Shown in pieces: positions 10,262-20,084 of a stretch of DNA of 63,837 bases. The stretch is taken from positions 1 through 63,837 of IMG/VR virus record IMGVR_UViG_3300032289_001441; one strand, given 5' to 3'. The first letter of the stretch is position 1, and each line of letters begins with the position of its first letter. The position numbers and the translations under genes are program-made. The DNA is from a virus. Its lineage: Duplodnaviria > Caudoviricetes. The notes under the pieces were generated by a model. The model was not told where the DNA came from, did not search any database, and saw only the letters and a list, made by a program, of their open reading frames with translations.

Positions 10262-10591
10262 TCACCCCATCCAGAGTGCGGTGTAAGTGCCTGATCCAGA
10301 GGGAGCCGATACCGTGATCGTCGCCGTGACCGGCAGGACGGCCAGCCGGCCCGCGGACACGTTAATGCTGCCGGCCAGCCGCAGGGCACTCGCGCCCGTG
10401 TTCTTCACGACCAACGTCGAGAGCGGAGTCGCGCCGACGATCTGCACCGACGCCGTGCCGACACTGCCATTGATCGTCTGTGCCGTCGTCAGGGCAGGGG
10501 AGAGGTGCTCCGAAAGGTTGCCGATGGTTAGCGAAGTCTCGTCGACATCGTGGTACACGGCGTCGATATCGATGCGGGCGCGAACGGTCAT
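10262..10591 (-). CDS. Hypothetical virion protein
   Basis: ATGA-coupled ORF within neck cluster. Confidence 0.6.
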   Translation of the reverse strand: MTVRARIDIDAVYHDVDETSLTIGNLSEHLSPALTTAQTINGSVGTASVQIVGATPLSTLVVKNTGASALRLAGSINVSAGRLAVLPVTATITVSAPSGSGTYTALWMG

Positions 10592-11226
10592 CGGTAGACC
10601 CCCTGGCTGGCGGCGGCGAGTAGCGTTTCAAACGTCTGCGGCACAGACTGAGGAGCCCCAGTGACGGCCGGTTGTCTCGTGTCGAACCAATGGGCCACGA
10701 GCAAAAGAATGAGGTGCTTGACCACTGGTGGCGCGGACTGCCCGTCGTCGCCGTAGCCCGCCGAGTACCGCACTGTCACCGAGTTCTCGTCTCCTCGAGT
10801 CGCCGGCCACGAGCGAGCCCACTGCGGGTAGATGCGGCCTGGGAGGACGCTGGCGTCGATCTGGAAGTCTGTGGCGCTCGAGAGTGTGCCGTAGGTGCCG
10901 TCGCCAGTGCGGTAGGTCACCGTCACCGAACGATCCAGCATCGGCAGCCGAGGCAGAATGATCGCCCAGACGGGGAACAGATCGTACTTGACCTCCCAGA
11001 CGGTCGTGCAGATCGTGATGTCCAGAACATCCTCGACGTACTGGCGAGCCACCGCGATCAGCGACTGGATGTAGAGATCATCTGCCTCTGTATCGACGCG
11101 GCAGTGCTGCTTGGCGAACGCCAGACTGACCGGCTCCACGGCCGGCGAGGTGATTCGCCGAAGGCTACGATACGGCGTGATCGTCGGCGTCGGGTTCTGC
11201 GGCGTGCCGAAGATAATCGTGTCCAT
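10588..11226 (-). CDS. Head-tail connector (HK97 gp6/SPP1 gp15-like)
   Basis: EPVSL..AK.H.RVD, Y.AGYG, ILLLVAHW motifs. Confidence 0.9.
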   Translation of the reverse strand: MDTIIFGTPQNPTPTITPYRSLRRITSPAVEPVSLAFAKQHCRVDTEADDLYIQSLIAVARQYVEDVLDITICTTVWEVKYDLFPVWAIILPRLPMLDRSVTVTYRTGDGTYGTLSSATDFQIDASVLPGRIYPQWARSWPATRGDENSVTVRYSAGYGDDGQSAPPVVKHLILLLVAHWFDTRQPAVTGAPQSVPQTFETLLAAASQGVYR

Positions 11227-11417
11227 TATCGCCTCTTCTTCTGTGCCGTCTTGGTCGTCATATCAGCCCGCTCGACGGCGGCCGGGGCGGCCTCGGCCGT
11301 CTCGACCTCCTGAATCAGCCCCCGGCGAATCAGGATGTCGCACATCCCAGGAGACCAGTCGTCGAAGACTTGCCCCTTCTCGTAGCAGTCGAAGCTCTGG
11401 AGGATGCGAATCTTCAC
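11226..11417 (-). CDS. Small head-module hypothetical protein
   Basis: GTGA overlap start at 11417; Y.KGQV..LI.RG pattern typical of small post-capsid genes. Confidence 0.6.
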   Translation of the reverse strand: MKIRILQSFDCYEKGQVFDDWSPGMCDILIRRGLIQEVETAEAAPAAVERADMTTKTAQKKRR

Positions 11418-12142
11418 TGGACGTGCCCCCAGGCGCTCTCCGGTGCCTTCTGCCCGTTTGTCCAATAATCGGTCGTGTGCTGCTGCACCTTGCCGCCCTC
11501 GACTGTCCTTGAGGGCCATGTAACCATCAGCTCGGCGTGTCCGACGCTGACGTGCGTGGCGAGCCCGAGCTTGTTACCGCAGGCCGCCCAGCTCTTCCAG
11601 AACGCGATGTCCTCGTCGATGTGGCCGCCCGTGAACTCGCCGTCGACGTTCGCCCTGGCAAGGAACCACGGCTTCTTCATCTTCTTGAGTGCGGCCGTGC
11701 GAAGGAACGTCAGACCGAAGTGCGCCGTCTCGACCGGCTGGACAACCTTCTGAAAGAAGTCGCCGTCCACCGTCGTCTTCTCGTCAACCTCGCTGCCGGC
11801 CAGGGCGAACATCACCGCATTGGCCTCCCGCTTGGTCTGGAGCGGCGCGATGGCGTCGTATCCAGAGTGCAGGAGCAACGCCAGCAACGCCTCGACCGTC
11901 TTCGAGCTGAAGACGGTGTCATAGTCGATGGTCAGGATGACATCGTTGTCGTCGATGACCTGTTCCATCGCCCGCTGAAGGCACTGGCCCCAGAAAGCAC
12001 CAGTCACCTTTACGGGGCTGATGCCGTGCGGGGCCAGAGCCGACGAGACACAGAAGAAATTGTCTGTGAATCCAAGTCGCGGGGTGCTCATCACCGCCGC
12101 GACTTTCATTTCCGCTTCGACGTTTCCGACTCGGACTAGCAT
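11414..12142 (-). CDS. Glycosyltransferase-like (GT-A fold) protein
   Basis: DYD (DxD) motif, HFG, EDIAF and VGH motifs. Confidence 0.65.
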   Translation of the reverse strand: MLVRVGNVEAEMKVAAVMSTPRLGFTDNFFCVSSALAPHGISPVKVTGAFWGQCLQRAMEQVIDDNDVILTIDYDTVFSSKTVEALLALLLHSGYDAIAPLQTKREANAVMFALAGSEVDEKTTVDGDFFQKVVQPVETAHFGLTFLRTAALKKMKKPWFLARANVDGEFTGGHIDEDIAFWKSWAACGNKLGLATHVSVGHAELMVTWPSRTVEGGKVQQHTTDYWTNGQKAPESAWGHVQ

Positions 12143-12218
12143 GGATCGCTCCTTGTATGGAGCGGGCGCGCATCCATGCGCCTTTGTCGGCCGTCATGGC
12201 CGTCCCGCAGTTCGGGAA

Positions 12219-12641
12219 TCAGCCTCGAATCCAGCCGATGCAACCAGCCTCGGTAGCAGTCGTCGGGGCATCGCCACGGGACAGCCGAGCCGCCACAACA
12301 GTGTTCACGCTGACCGCGGGGGTCGCCGTGACCTTGAGGTAACGCTTCTTGGCCTTCGTGTCGACATCCAGCTTCACGATGGCTGCCGACGCGGTGTCGG
12401 ACACAGCGGGGATCGTGAAGTCGGTGCCGCCGACGAAGCCGGAGACGTTCGAGTAGGCCGAGTTGTCGTCGGACTCCTCGATCTTCAGGACGCTGGCAAA
12501 CACCGTCGAGGCGTTGCTGGCCCGCAGGACAGTCACGCTGGCGTAGTCGTAGCCGAGCGTGTCAATCGTCAGGGTCACGGCACTCGAGCCGACCGAAGCC
12601 GGGACAGAGGCCACAACCTTTACATTCTGGGCGTGGATCAT
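12219..12641 (-). CDS. Putative capsid decoration/cement protein
   Basis: Directly after MCP; IDT.GY, ESDD, KRYL.V motifs. Confidence 0.6.
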   Translation of the reverse strand: MIHAQNVKVVASVPASVGSSAVTLTIDTLGYDYASVTVLRASNASTVFASVLKIEESDDNSAYSNVSGFVGGTDFTIPAVSDTASAAIVKLDVDTKAKKRYLKVTATPAVSVNTVVAARLSRGDAPTTATEAGCIGWIRG

Positions 12642-12681
12642 GGTCTAGGGGTTCCTTTCCTTGAGGTTTTGGTTGTTAGGC

Positions 12682-14034
12682 TCACGAGGCCGCGGTCTTG
12701 AGGGCAATCACAGGGCCAGCGGTCGTGTTGTCGCCCAGCGAGTGATGGTTAATGTCGAAGCGGAGCGAGCCCTGGAGGAGGATCTGGTCGGTCGTTGCGT
12801 ACACTTGGTCGTACAGCTTGACCGAGAAGTCCCGGCGGCGAGCGTAGATGCTCGACAGACCGAGGTTCGCGAACAGCACCTTCACCTTGCTCGGGTCGGC
12901 ACCAAGCGTGCCGTCCATGACGTGGACGAGGTTCACCGGGTAGCCGAGGAACTGCTCGTTCACGCCGCCACCGACGGACTCCACGGTGTTGCCGCCAGCC
13001 GCGTAGCGGAGGCGAGCCATCGAGGCCGCGAAGCCGGCCGGCGAGATGTAGAACGCTGCACCCTGGCGGGCATACAGCGGCATCTTGCCGATGAGCTTGA
13101 TGAAGTCGGTCACGGTCAGGGACTCGAAGCCCGTCGCACCCGTGCCGGCGGTCTGGACGGACGCGGTGTGCGTGCCGTCGTTGATCTTCGGCACAACGCC
13201 GTGGATTCCGCCGAAGCTGGAGGTGCCGTCACCCAACCAGCCGCACATATCCTGCTTGAGCGCCAGCGAGGTGCTGAACTCAAGCGCGACTGCGTCAGCA
13301 ATCGACACGAGAGCGTCTTCGACGATCTCGCTCGACATCCGCGTTCCGACGGCCAGCTTCTTCGCGATGAGCTGCACGTTCGCGTAGGTCGGCTCGCTCT
13401 CGCTCACCGCGGTGCCTTCGCCCACGAAGTAAGCCGAGGTGCCCGTAACCCGCTTGGGGATCACGAGGGTGTCGCGGGTCATGGTGACCTTCTCGACGTT
13501 GCTCGCCGCGAAGGTGCCGTAGTTTTCGACGAGACGAATCACGCGGGCCGCGAACTCTTCCGGCACCAGAGCGCCACCCGACGAGTTGCTGTTCTCACCG
13601 AGGGCACGGCTCTCGACGCCGTGATCCTTGCACCAACGGAGGTCGTCGGCGTTCTTGAAGATGTGAGCCCGCAGCCAGCGACCGCAGCGGTAGGCACTCT
13701 CGACAGCCTCGGGGCCGTCGTTGAACGCCCGCAGGGTGGTGTGGTGAGGCTGGATCGAACGAATCTCGACCTTCTTCTCCTCGACCTTGGCGGCCACTTC
13801 GGCGACCGGGGCCGGGGCGGGAGCGGCCTTCTCGACCACCGCACGCAGCTCGGCTTCCTTGGCGGCGATCCGCTCCTCGAAGTCGAGGGAGGTCTTCAGG
13901 TCGTCGGCCTGATTGCCGAGCGAGACGAGTTCCTTGGTCTGTTCGGCCGAGCGATCCTCGATGCCGCCCAGTTCGGTCATCCGAGCGGCCACTGCCGCTG
14001 CACGTTCCTGGAGACGCTTGAGATTCGACGCCAT
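12682..14034 (-). CDS. Major capsid protein (HK97 fold, N-terminal delta domain)
   Basis: Coiled-coil N-terminus, GG.LVPEE, VGEG, LGYPV motifs; AGGAG RBS before MASNLK. Confidence 0.95.
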   Translation of the reverse strand: MASNLKRLQERAAAVAARMTELGGIEDRSAEQTKELVSLGNQADDLKTSLDFEERIAAKEAELRAVVEKAAPAPAPVAEVAAKVEEKKVEIRSIQPHHTTLRAFNDGPEAVESAYRCGRWLRAHIFKNADDLRWCKDHGVESRALGENSNSSGGALVPEEFAARVIRLVENYGTFAASNVEKVTMTRDTLVIPKRVTGTSAYFVGEGTAVSESEPTYANVQLIAKKLAVGTRMSSEIVEDALVSIADAVALEFSTSLALKQDMCGWLGDGTSSFGGIHGVVPKINDGTHTASVQTAGTGATGFESLTVTDFIKLIGKMPLYARQGAAFYISPAGFAASMARLRYAAGGNTVESVGGGVNEQFLGYPVNLVHVMDGTLGADPSKVKVLFANLGLSSIYARRRDFSVKLYDQVYATTDQILLQGSLRFDINHHSLGDNTTAGPVIALKTAAS

Positions 14035-14185
14035 GATTTGCCTGCTCCTTAGTTTGAGCCGGCCAATCGCGGTGTGCGGCGGCCGGCGGGTGTACCCGCT
14101 AGCGCGCCGCGCTCTTGAATCCTCAAGACGCTCGCACTGCCCCTCACGACATCCGTCGCGAGGCAATGTGTCTACCTGTAGACTA

Positions 14186-16462
14186 TCAACCCTTTGGAAT
14201 GCTGTGCAACTGAGTGCGCAGAATTGTCGCCTTCAAGTTGGCGAGCTTCACTGCGATCTCTTCTGCCTGCTTCGCTGCCCGCATGTCCTCGGCAGCCTTC
14301 TCATCAACAGCCGGAGCCGGCTCGGGCTTCTTTTCTTCGCTCATACGCTCCTCGGGGATGATCCACAGTTTGCAAACCGCATCGGCAGCGATCTCACCCT
14401 GCACGATGTAGCATCTGCCTTCCTCGCTCTCGAAGAAGACGCAGTTGCTGCACTTCTTGCCGCTCTCGGCGAACGGATTCTCCGTCATGTAGTGGGCGTC
14501 GTTCTGCGAGAACTGACCGTACTCTTCGGCGATGGCCTCATATGACTCAGCCAGGGCGAGGTTCGCGGGCGAGAGCATGGATTCGTACTCCTCGCCTTCG
14601 ACGATATCGCGGTTGTCCATCTCGTTTTCCATCTGGGCGACTTTCGCCTCAGAAAAACGCCACGCCGCATCTCCGCCCCAAAGCTGCCACGCCGTGTAAC
14701 CTGGGGTCTCAGCACCCTTCTTCGCCCAGTCAGGCCGCTTGTCGACCTTGTGCCGGCGGAACCACGCCCTCATCTCGCGAACGTGATCTGGCGTCAGTTC
14801 TTCGCGGGCTGCGATCTTGCCGGCGCGGGCAACCGTCTCCGGCTTGAGCCCATCGCCCGATCGGCCCGCCTCGTGCAGGGCGAGACCTCGCTTCGCGGCG
14901 GCAGCCATGCCCGCGGTGGGCTTCAGGCTGACTGCCCTCTCTTCGACTTCAACTTCGTGGCTCCGCTCTTTCGACGACTTCGGGTGGTCGGCGGGCAGCA
15001 GATCATTGTCGGTGACGTACTTCGCGTCCCTTGGCTTGCCGTTTCGGAGGAGATACAAGTAGGCGTTGACTCTCGCCATCGCCCAGGCGGCCCTGCTGAC
15101 GCCAGCCCGGTGGCTGGTCGAGTATGCCCCAGACCCGCGGCGGTAGACGGCCAGCAACTGACCCAGCGTCGTCCTTGACCACGAAGGCTTCTCGTCTTCC
15201 CGCATCGCAGCGTTGTGATCTCGAACTTTGTTCTGGAGGCCCGCTCGAGCCGCCTTCGACAAGGTGATCTTGCCTCCCGCGTTCTTCGCCGACCCCGGCT
15301 TGTTCTTGTCGCTGCCCTTGATCTGATCTTTCTTGGGCGCGGGGGTCGACTGCGACTTGTCACCAGCGGCACGCTCCTCTCCCATGTCGGCTTCGGCGGC
15401 GGGCTCGTCGACTTTCTCAAGCTCCGAGACCATCACGACCACAAGGTAGTCCTCGGGCTCGTCGTCGTCGAACGGAGTGATGACAGCCAGCGGAGAATCG
15501 GCCGTCGCCGTCTGTCCCTGGAGCGATCCGTCACGCATGACGTACTCGACCCGGCCCATGCCGCCGTCCCACGACACGAAATCGCCCTCTGACAGCTCAT
15601 TCGGGGCGGCTCGCTGCTCTGGAACCACCGTCGGCGTCGAGCGACGGGCAATCCACTTCTCGCCAGCGTCACCGCCAGCCAGTTGCCACTCAATCCAGGC
15701 CGGCGTGCCCGACCAGCCCGTCACTTTCGCCGCCAAACAGCGTTCGTAGACCTCGGCGAGGTACAAAACCTCCTCGACAGACACGATTTCGCGGTTCGCG
15801 AGCCTCTCGGCAACGCAAATCAAGCGAGAATCGACGTTTTCTGCCCTCTGGGCCAGCTTCAGGCCGCGCTTCGCCGCGTTCGCCATCGTCTGAATGGGCC
15901 GGTGGCTCTCGCCGAGGGCCATTTCGATGGCTCGACGGCTCACAACCACGCTAGATGTGTCATAAGCAGGCCGTACCACGGGGCCGACATCCTCGAGCAG
16001 GCCGATCGCACGCACTTCGCGCTTGCGAATGCCTCGCTGGGGGTCTGTAGACCACGAGTCTCCATTGTCTCGCTTGATTGCGAAGGCGAAACTTGACCCG
16101 ACGACTGTCCGATCCGAAACCCACGCGATCACGTCGCGGCCGATGGAGGTGTTTTCGTTCGGCATGATCTCATAACGAAGACCATAGGGGTCTTTCGTGA
16201 GCTTCATCGTGCCGTTTCCGGTGCGGCCCAGGAGCAGATTGCGGTCGTGGTTGAACACGCCGATGACATCCGGCCCCTCTGCGAGCACTTCGTCGAACGC
16301 ATTCGGGTGAATGGTCTCCACAAACCCACCCAGGTTGCGGCTCTCGGAGTTGAAGACGGCAGCGTAGCCCGCGATCACAGGCTTCCGCTCGCCGTTCCCC
16401 ATGTCGCGATACTCAATCGTCGCGTCCGATACTGTCGTGCGCCGCTCAATTTCGTTGGTCAT
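14186..16462 (-). CDS. HK97-family prohead protease with long multidomain C-terminal extension
   Basis: GYAAVFN, F.E.I...AF, NHD..LLGRT, SSFAF, PAY motifs in first ~175 aa, followed by extra domains. Confidence 0.9.
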   Translation of the reverse strand: MTNEIERRTTVSDATIEYRDMGNGERKPVIAGYAAVFNSESRNLGGFVETIHPNAFDEVLAEGPDVIGVFNHDRNLLLGRTGNGTMKLTKDPYGLRYEIMPNENTSIGRDVIAWVSDRTVVGSSFAFAIKRDNGDSWSTDPQRGIRKREVRAIGLLEDVGPVVRPAYDTSSVVVSRRAIEMALGESHRPIQTMANAAKRGLKLAQRAENVDSRLICVAERLANREIVSVEEVLYLAEVYERCLAAKVTGWSGTPAWIEWQLAGGDAGEKWIARRSTPTVVPEQRAAPNELSEGDFVSWDGGMGRVEYVMRDGSLQGQTATADSPLAVITPFDDDEPEDYLVVVMVSELEKVDEPAAEADMGEERAAGDKSQSTPAPKKDQIKGSDKNKPGSAKNAGGKITLSKAARAGLQNKVRDHNAAMREDEKPSWSRTTLGQLLAVYRRGSGAYSTSHRAGVSRAAWAMARVNAYLYLLRNGKPRDAKYVTDNDLLPADHPKSSKERSHEVEVEERAVSLKPTAGMAAAAKRGLALHEAGRSGDGLKPETVARAGKIAAREELTPDHVREMRAWFRRHKVDKRPDWAKKGAETPGYTAWQLWGGDAAWRFSEAKVAQMENEMDNRDIVEGEEYESMLSPANLALAESYEAIAEEYGQFSQNDAHYMTENPFAESGKKCSNCVFFESEEGRCYIVQGEIAADAVCKLWIIPEERMSEEKKPEPAPAVDEKAAEDMRAAKQAEEIAVKLANLKATILRTQLHSIPKG

Positions 16463-16932
16463 GCCGTCACCTGATTCGCGAGGTAGTTGTCCAAACCGAT
16501 CTGCTCGATCACACGCTGCTTTGCTTCGATCTCGGCAATCGCACCTTCGCTGCCCTCAAGCAACTTGGCGAAAATCACGGCCGTAATCTCGTCTCCAGCG
16601 GCACGGCAGGCAGCCACATTGGCCCGCTCGGCATCTGCCGCGGCAGTTTCAAGTGCAAGATTGGCGGCGAGGATGCCCTCGAAGTCGTGGCGAGGCCAAT
16701 CAGGCTGCTCGTGATCGAAGGCCGGCTGCTCGTCGTAGTATTCAAGCCGCGACTGCACCTCATACAGATGACGACGCTCCTCTTCGGCTTCGCCGCGGCT
16801 CGTGTCGGCCAGCTTGCCGTACCCCCAGCGGTCGAAGTGCTCTGCCAGCGACTGATAGTGTTCAATCGCGGTCATGTGCAGCCGAACGGAGGCTTGCAGG
16901 GCGTCGATCACGCCTTCAGGTGCTTGTGGCAT
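16459..16932 (-). CDS. Bacterioferritin-like protein
   Basis: Aligns by eye to Bfr: WG..KL, E..EE..H, LALE, IG L.NYL..Q. Confidence 0.8.
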   Translation of the reverse strand: MPQAPEGVIDALQASVRLHMTAIEHYQSLAEHFDRWGYGKLADTSRGEAEEERRHLYEVQSRLEYYDEQPAFDHEQPDWPRHDFEGILAANLALETAAADAERANVAACRAAGDEITAVIFAKLLEGSEGAIAEIEAKQRVIEQIGLDNYLANQVTA

Positions 16933-18562
16933 CGGTTGTCAGGTGCTTGTCGCACCAGCCCTCAGTGACTGTCTCGTACTTCTGACCGCTGCGATGACAC
17001 TCAAGCAAGAGTTCCCGCGAGCGGTTCACCCAATCTGAAACAAACTTGTCAATGTCTCGACCAGTGGCCTCTGCGGCCTCGCGAAGTTCTTCTCGCATCC
17101 TCTGGCTCGTCTGATCGAACCACGTCGCGATCTTCTCGGGCTTGCTGCGGCGCTCGAGCACGCCGTCGGCCTCGACTGCGGCGAGTCGGCGAAGATTCGT
17201 CTTGAAGAGCACCTCGGCACCGGCGAGCTGTCGGGCGTCCTCGGCAACCGCCGGAGCGTCGGCGGCGGCCGGATCGGGCGTAGCGTCGACATTGCTGGGC
17301 GGCGCGGGAGACGCTTCGGGCTGCGGCTTCTGACCCGTCGGGTTCTCGGCGGTGAAAGCCTCGAGCAACTGCATATTGACCTGAATAAAACGCTTCTTGC
17401 CAAGGTCGTCTGGCAGCGGGTTGTAGCCGATCTGGGCGCGGATTTCGTCGATGTCCAGGGCACCGAGGTTTGCCATCTCCCGCAGGAACTGCGACCGCGC
17501 GGCATAGTCGCCAACCATCAAGGCGTTCGTGTCGAACTGGCAGAAATACTGCTTGTCATCGACCACGAGATCACGCCGGCACGCCATTTCCCAACGGCGG
17601 CACCACGGGATCAGGCTGAACGTGACGAAGTCGATGGCCGACTGCTCCACCGTCGAGAACCGCACATTCGACAGGTCGCCGATCAAATGGCCTGGAACAC
17701 GGTAGGCTCGTGAGACCTCCTCGCACTGGTAGCGGCGGGTCTCAATGAGCTGACTAGTATCGTTGCGCTGCTCGATCTGCTTGCGGTGGAAGCCGAACGG
17801 CATGACGACGGTTTTGTATGAGTTCAGCGGGCCTTGGTGAGCGTCGTTCCACTGCTCTTTGAACCGTGCCAGCACCTCGGGCTTGTGCGGCTGATCGGTT
17901 TCGATGTAGGTGCCGGGTTGTCCGTTGTTCCCGAAGAACGCACCCGAGTGCAGCTCGGTTGCTCGGGCCAGACCGATCGCGTCTCGGGACAGGGTCGTTG
18001 GTACAAAGCCTGTCACTCCGTCTGACGAGAGCCACCTCAGATGAAAAATCTCGTCCTGGCGATACTCGGTGATCTCGATCTTGGGCTGAATCGGCGTCGT
18101 CGGTTCGGTGTAGTAATACCGGAGCTTGCCGTTGGTGAGCCGCTTGACCTCCATCCGCGACGGATGCAGGGGGATCAGCTCGGTCACGCCGCCCTGCCGG
18201 CCGCCCTTGATGTGAGCGTAGGCGTTGCCCCAGAGGAGGAGCCAGCTTTGCATCAGCTCGCGGAACTCGAAGCCCGTCATCCACGAGTTGGGTTGATAGC
18301 AGATCACCTCGTGCAGATGCTGCTCTTCGGCGATTTCCTTGCCGCCGCCGGGGAGCCTGCGGTAGACGTTGAACGGGAGGCTGGCGATCGACTCCGACAG
18401 CACCCGCACGCAGGCGAGGACGGCCGTGCATTCCAAGGCCGTCTCAGGCGAGACCGTGACGCCCGATGCGGTGCGTCGGGTATTGGAAATCTCCTCGAAA
18501 ATGCGGGAGAGATTGCCGCGAAGCTCAATCAGATCGGAGACTTCCTCGTCGATCTTGTCCAC
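16916..18562 (-). CDS. Portal protein (HK97 family)
   Basis: V.ACV..LSESIASLP, PN.WMT.FEF, LLLWGNAYA, PLHP, EIFHLR motifs. Confidence 0.95.
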   Translation of the reverse strand: MDKIDEEVSDLIELRGNLSRIFEEISNTRRTASGVTVSPETALECTAVLACVRVLSESIASLPFNVYRRLPGGGKEIAEEQHLHEVICYQPNSWMTGFEFRELMQSWLLLWGNAYAHIKGGRQGGVTELIPLHPSRMEVKRLTNGKLRYYYTEPTTPIQPKIEITEYRQDEIFHLRWLSSDGVTGFVPTTLSRDAIGLARATELHSGAFFGNNGQPGTYIETDQPHKPEVLARFKEQWNDAHQGPLNSYKTVVMPFGFHRKQIEQRNDTSQLIETRRYQCEEVSRAYRVPGHLIGDLSNVRFSTVEQSAIDFVTFSLIPWCRRWEMACRRDLVVDDKQYFCQFDTNALMVGDYAARSQFLREMANLGALDIDEIRAQIGYNPLPDDLGKKRFIQVNMQLLEAFTAENPTGQKPQPEASPAPPSNVDATPDPAAADAPAVAEDARQLAGAEVLFKTNLRRLAAVEADGVLERRSKPEKIATWFDQTSQRMREELREAAEATGRDIDKFVSDWVNRSRELLLECHRSGQKYETVTEGWCDKHLTTDATST

Positions 18563-18563
18563 G

Positions 18564-20084
18564 CTAGAGCACCATGAGGGTTGGTTCGTCGGTGTTGCCG
18601 TGGTTCTCGCTGCTGGAGATACCGAGGGCCATGATCAGAGAGACCGCGCCGTCGATGCGGGCCGTCGAGTGTGAGTTCTTCTTTGTCGGCTTTATGTTCC
18701 CTGCATCGTCGATCTTGACTTGGACATTCGACATCTGCCACGCCAGGACTGGGTTGCCGGCGTGCCGGAGCTTTTTGCTGACGACGAGTGTCTCGAGCAA
18801 TTTCGAGGGAGCACTCATGCTGGCAAAACCCTGTCCAAACGGCTTAACGTCGATTCCCTCCGCTACCAGTTGCGTCGTCAGATGCACCGCATTCCAGCGG
18901 TCGATTGCAATACCGCGAACCGCATTCTTCTCGCAAAACGAGAGAATGTAATCGCGCACGGCGTCATAGTCAGTTATGTCACCATCCGTTAATTGTACCA
19001 AACCTGCGTCGGCCCACGCTTGATACGGCACTCGGTCTTCCTTCGACCGCTTGTGCGCGTTCTCCTCGGGGATGAAGAAGTGGGCGTGAAGGTCATACGT
19101 TCCATCGGCGTCAGGCCAGACCGCCACGAACGCCGTCGTGTCGAATGTGCTGGCGAGGTCAACGCCGCACCAGCATGGCCGCCCTGCCGTCGGCCGCAGC
19201 GGCGCGTTGTTGGCGTCCCAGGCACCGTGGCGAATCCACTTGGTTTCGGAACGCTGCCACTGGTCTAAATGCAAGGTTCTGAAAACGACCTCGTCGGCCG
19301 GCGACTCCTTCGCTTTCTGGGCAAATTGCTGGAAATACTCGGGTTTCAGCGTAATTCCATAATTCGGATTAGCCTTCTTCCACGTCTCCTCGATGAACGG
19401 ATCGTCCTCGGGGTCGGCGGCGTAGATGCACGGCAGGAACGAGTCGTCCTTCAGCACCCCGTCGCGAATCTTTACCGCCCGCTGCCAGTCCTTGTAGCAC
19501 GGGCCGTCCATGTCGGTGCCGGCCGTCGTGATGTAGATGGTGAGCGGCTGGCTCCTGGCACCAGTACCTGTTTCCAAGACATCGACCAGCTCGCGGTCTG
19601 GGAAGACATGATATTCGTCGACCAGCACGCAGCTCGGGTTGTAACCGTGTTTGGTGCCGGCCTCGCTCGAGATACAGAGCATCGTCGAGTTCTTCTCGGG
19701 GAACACGATGCTGTTGCGGTATATCTTGCACCGCTTCGCCAGCGACGGGCAGCTTTCGACGAACTGCTTCGCCGCGGTATGGAGAAGCGCCGCCTGCGAG
19801 CGGTCGCCGGCCGCGACGATCACCTCGGCCCCCTCGTCATCGCAGCAGAGCATATAAAGCCCAACCGCCGCGGAAATCGCTGACTTACCATTTTTGCGGG
19901 GCAAGGCGAGCAGGCTTGTTCGATATTGACGGAGCCCGTCGGGCTTCTTCGTGTTGAAAAGCTTGTCGAGGTACTCGTCCTGCCAGGGTTGCAGGACAAA
20001 CGGCTGCCCCGCAAAGTCGCCTCGACTGTGCTTCAGTAAGCCGATGAAATCGCGGATATCAACCACGCTTTGCGAGGAGAGCAT
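18564..20084 (-). CDS. terL: Terminase large subunit
   Basis: Walker A PRKNGKS, Walker B VLVDEYH, ITTAG, GVDLAS, RIDG nuclease motifs. Confidence 0.97.
   Translation of the reverse strand: MLSSQSVVDIRDFIGLLKHSRGDFAGQPFVLQPWQDEYLDKLFNTKKPDGLRQYRTSLLALPRKNGKSAISAAVGLYMLCCDDEGAEVIVAAGDRSQAALLHTAAKQFVESCPSLAKRCKIYRNSIVFPEKNSTMLCISSEAGTKHGYNPSCVLVDEYHVFPDRELVDVLETGTGARSQPLTIYITTAGTDMDGPCYKDWQRAVKIRDGVLKDDSFLPCIYAADPEDDPFIEETWKKANPNYGITLKPEYFQQFAQKAKESPADEVVFRTLHLDQWQRSETKWIRHGAWDANNAPLRPTAGRPCWCGVDLASTFDTTAFVAVWPDADGTYDLHAHFFIPEENAHKRSKEDRVPYQAWADAGLVQLTDGDITDYDAVRDYILSFCEKNAVRGIAIDRWNAVHLTTQLVAEGIDVKPFGQGFASMSAPSKLLETLVVSKKLRHAGNPVLAWQMSNVQVKIDDAGNIKPTKKNSHSTARIDGAVSLIMALGISSSENHGNTDEPTLMVL

Noticed and set aside
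12661-14052. Long antisense ORFs (e.g. 12661-14052, 23647-25092, 47715-48923, 3339-4310)
   Set aside because: Shadow frames of well-supported genes in high-GC DNA with no recognisable motifs.
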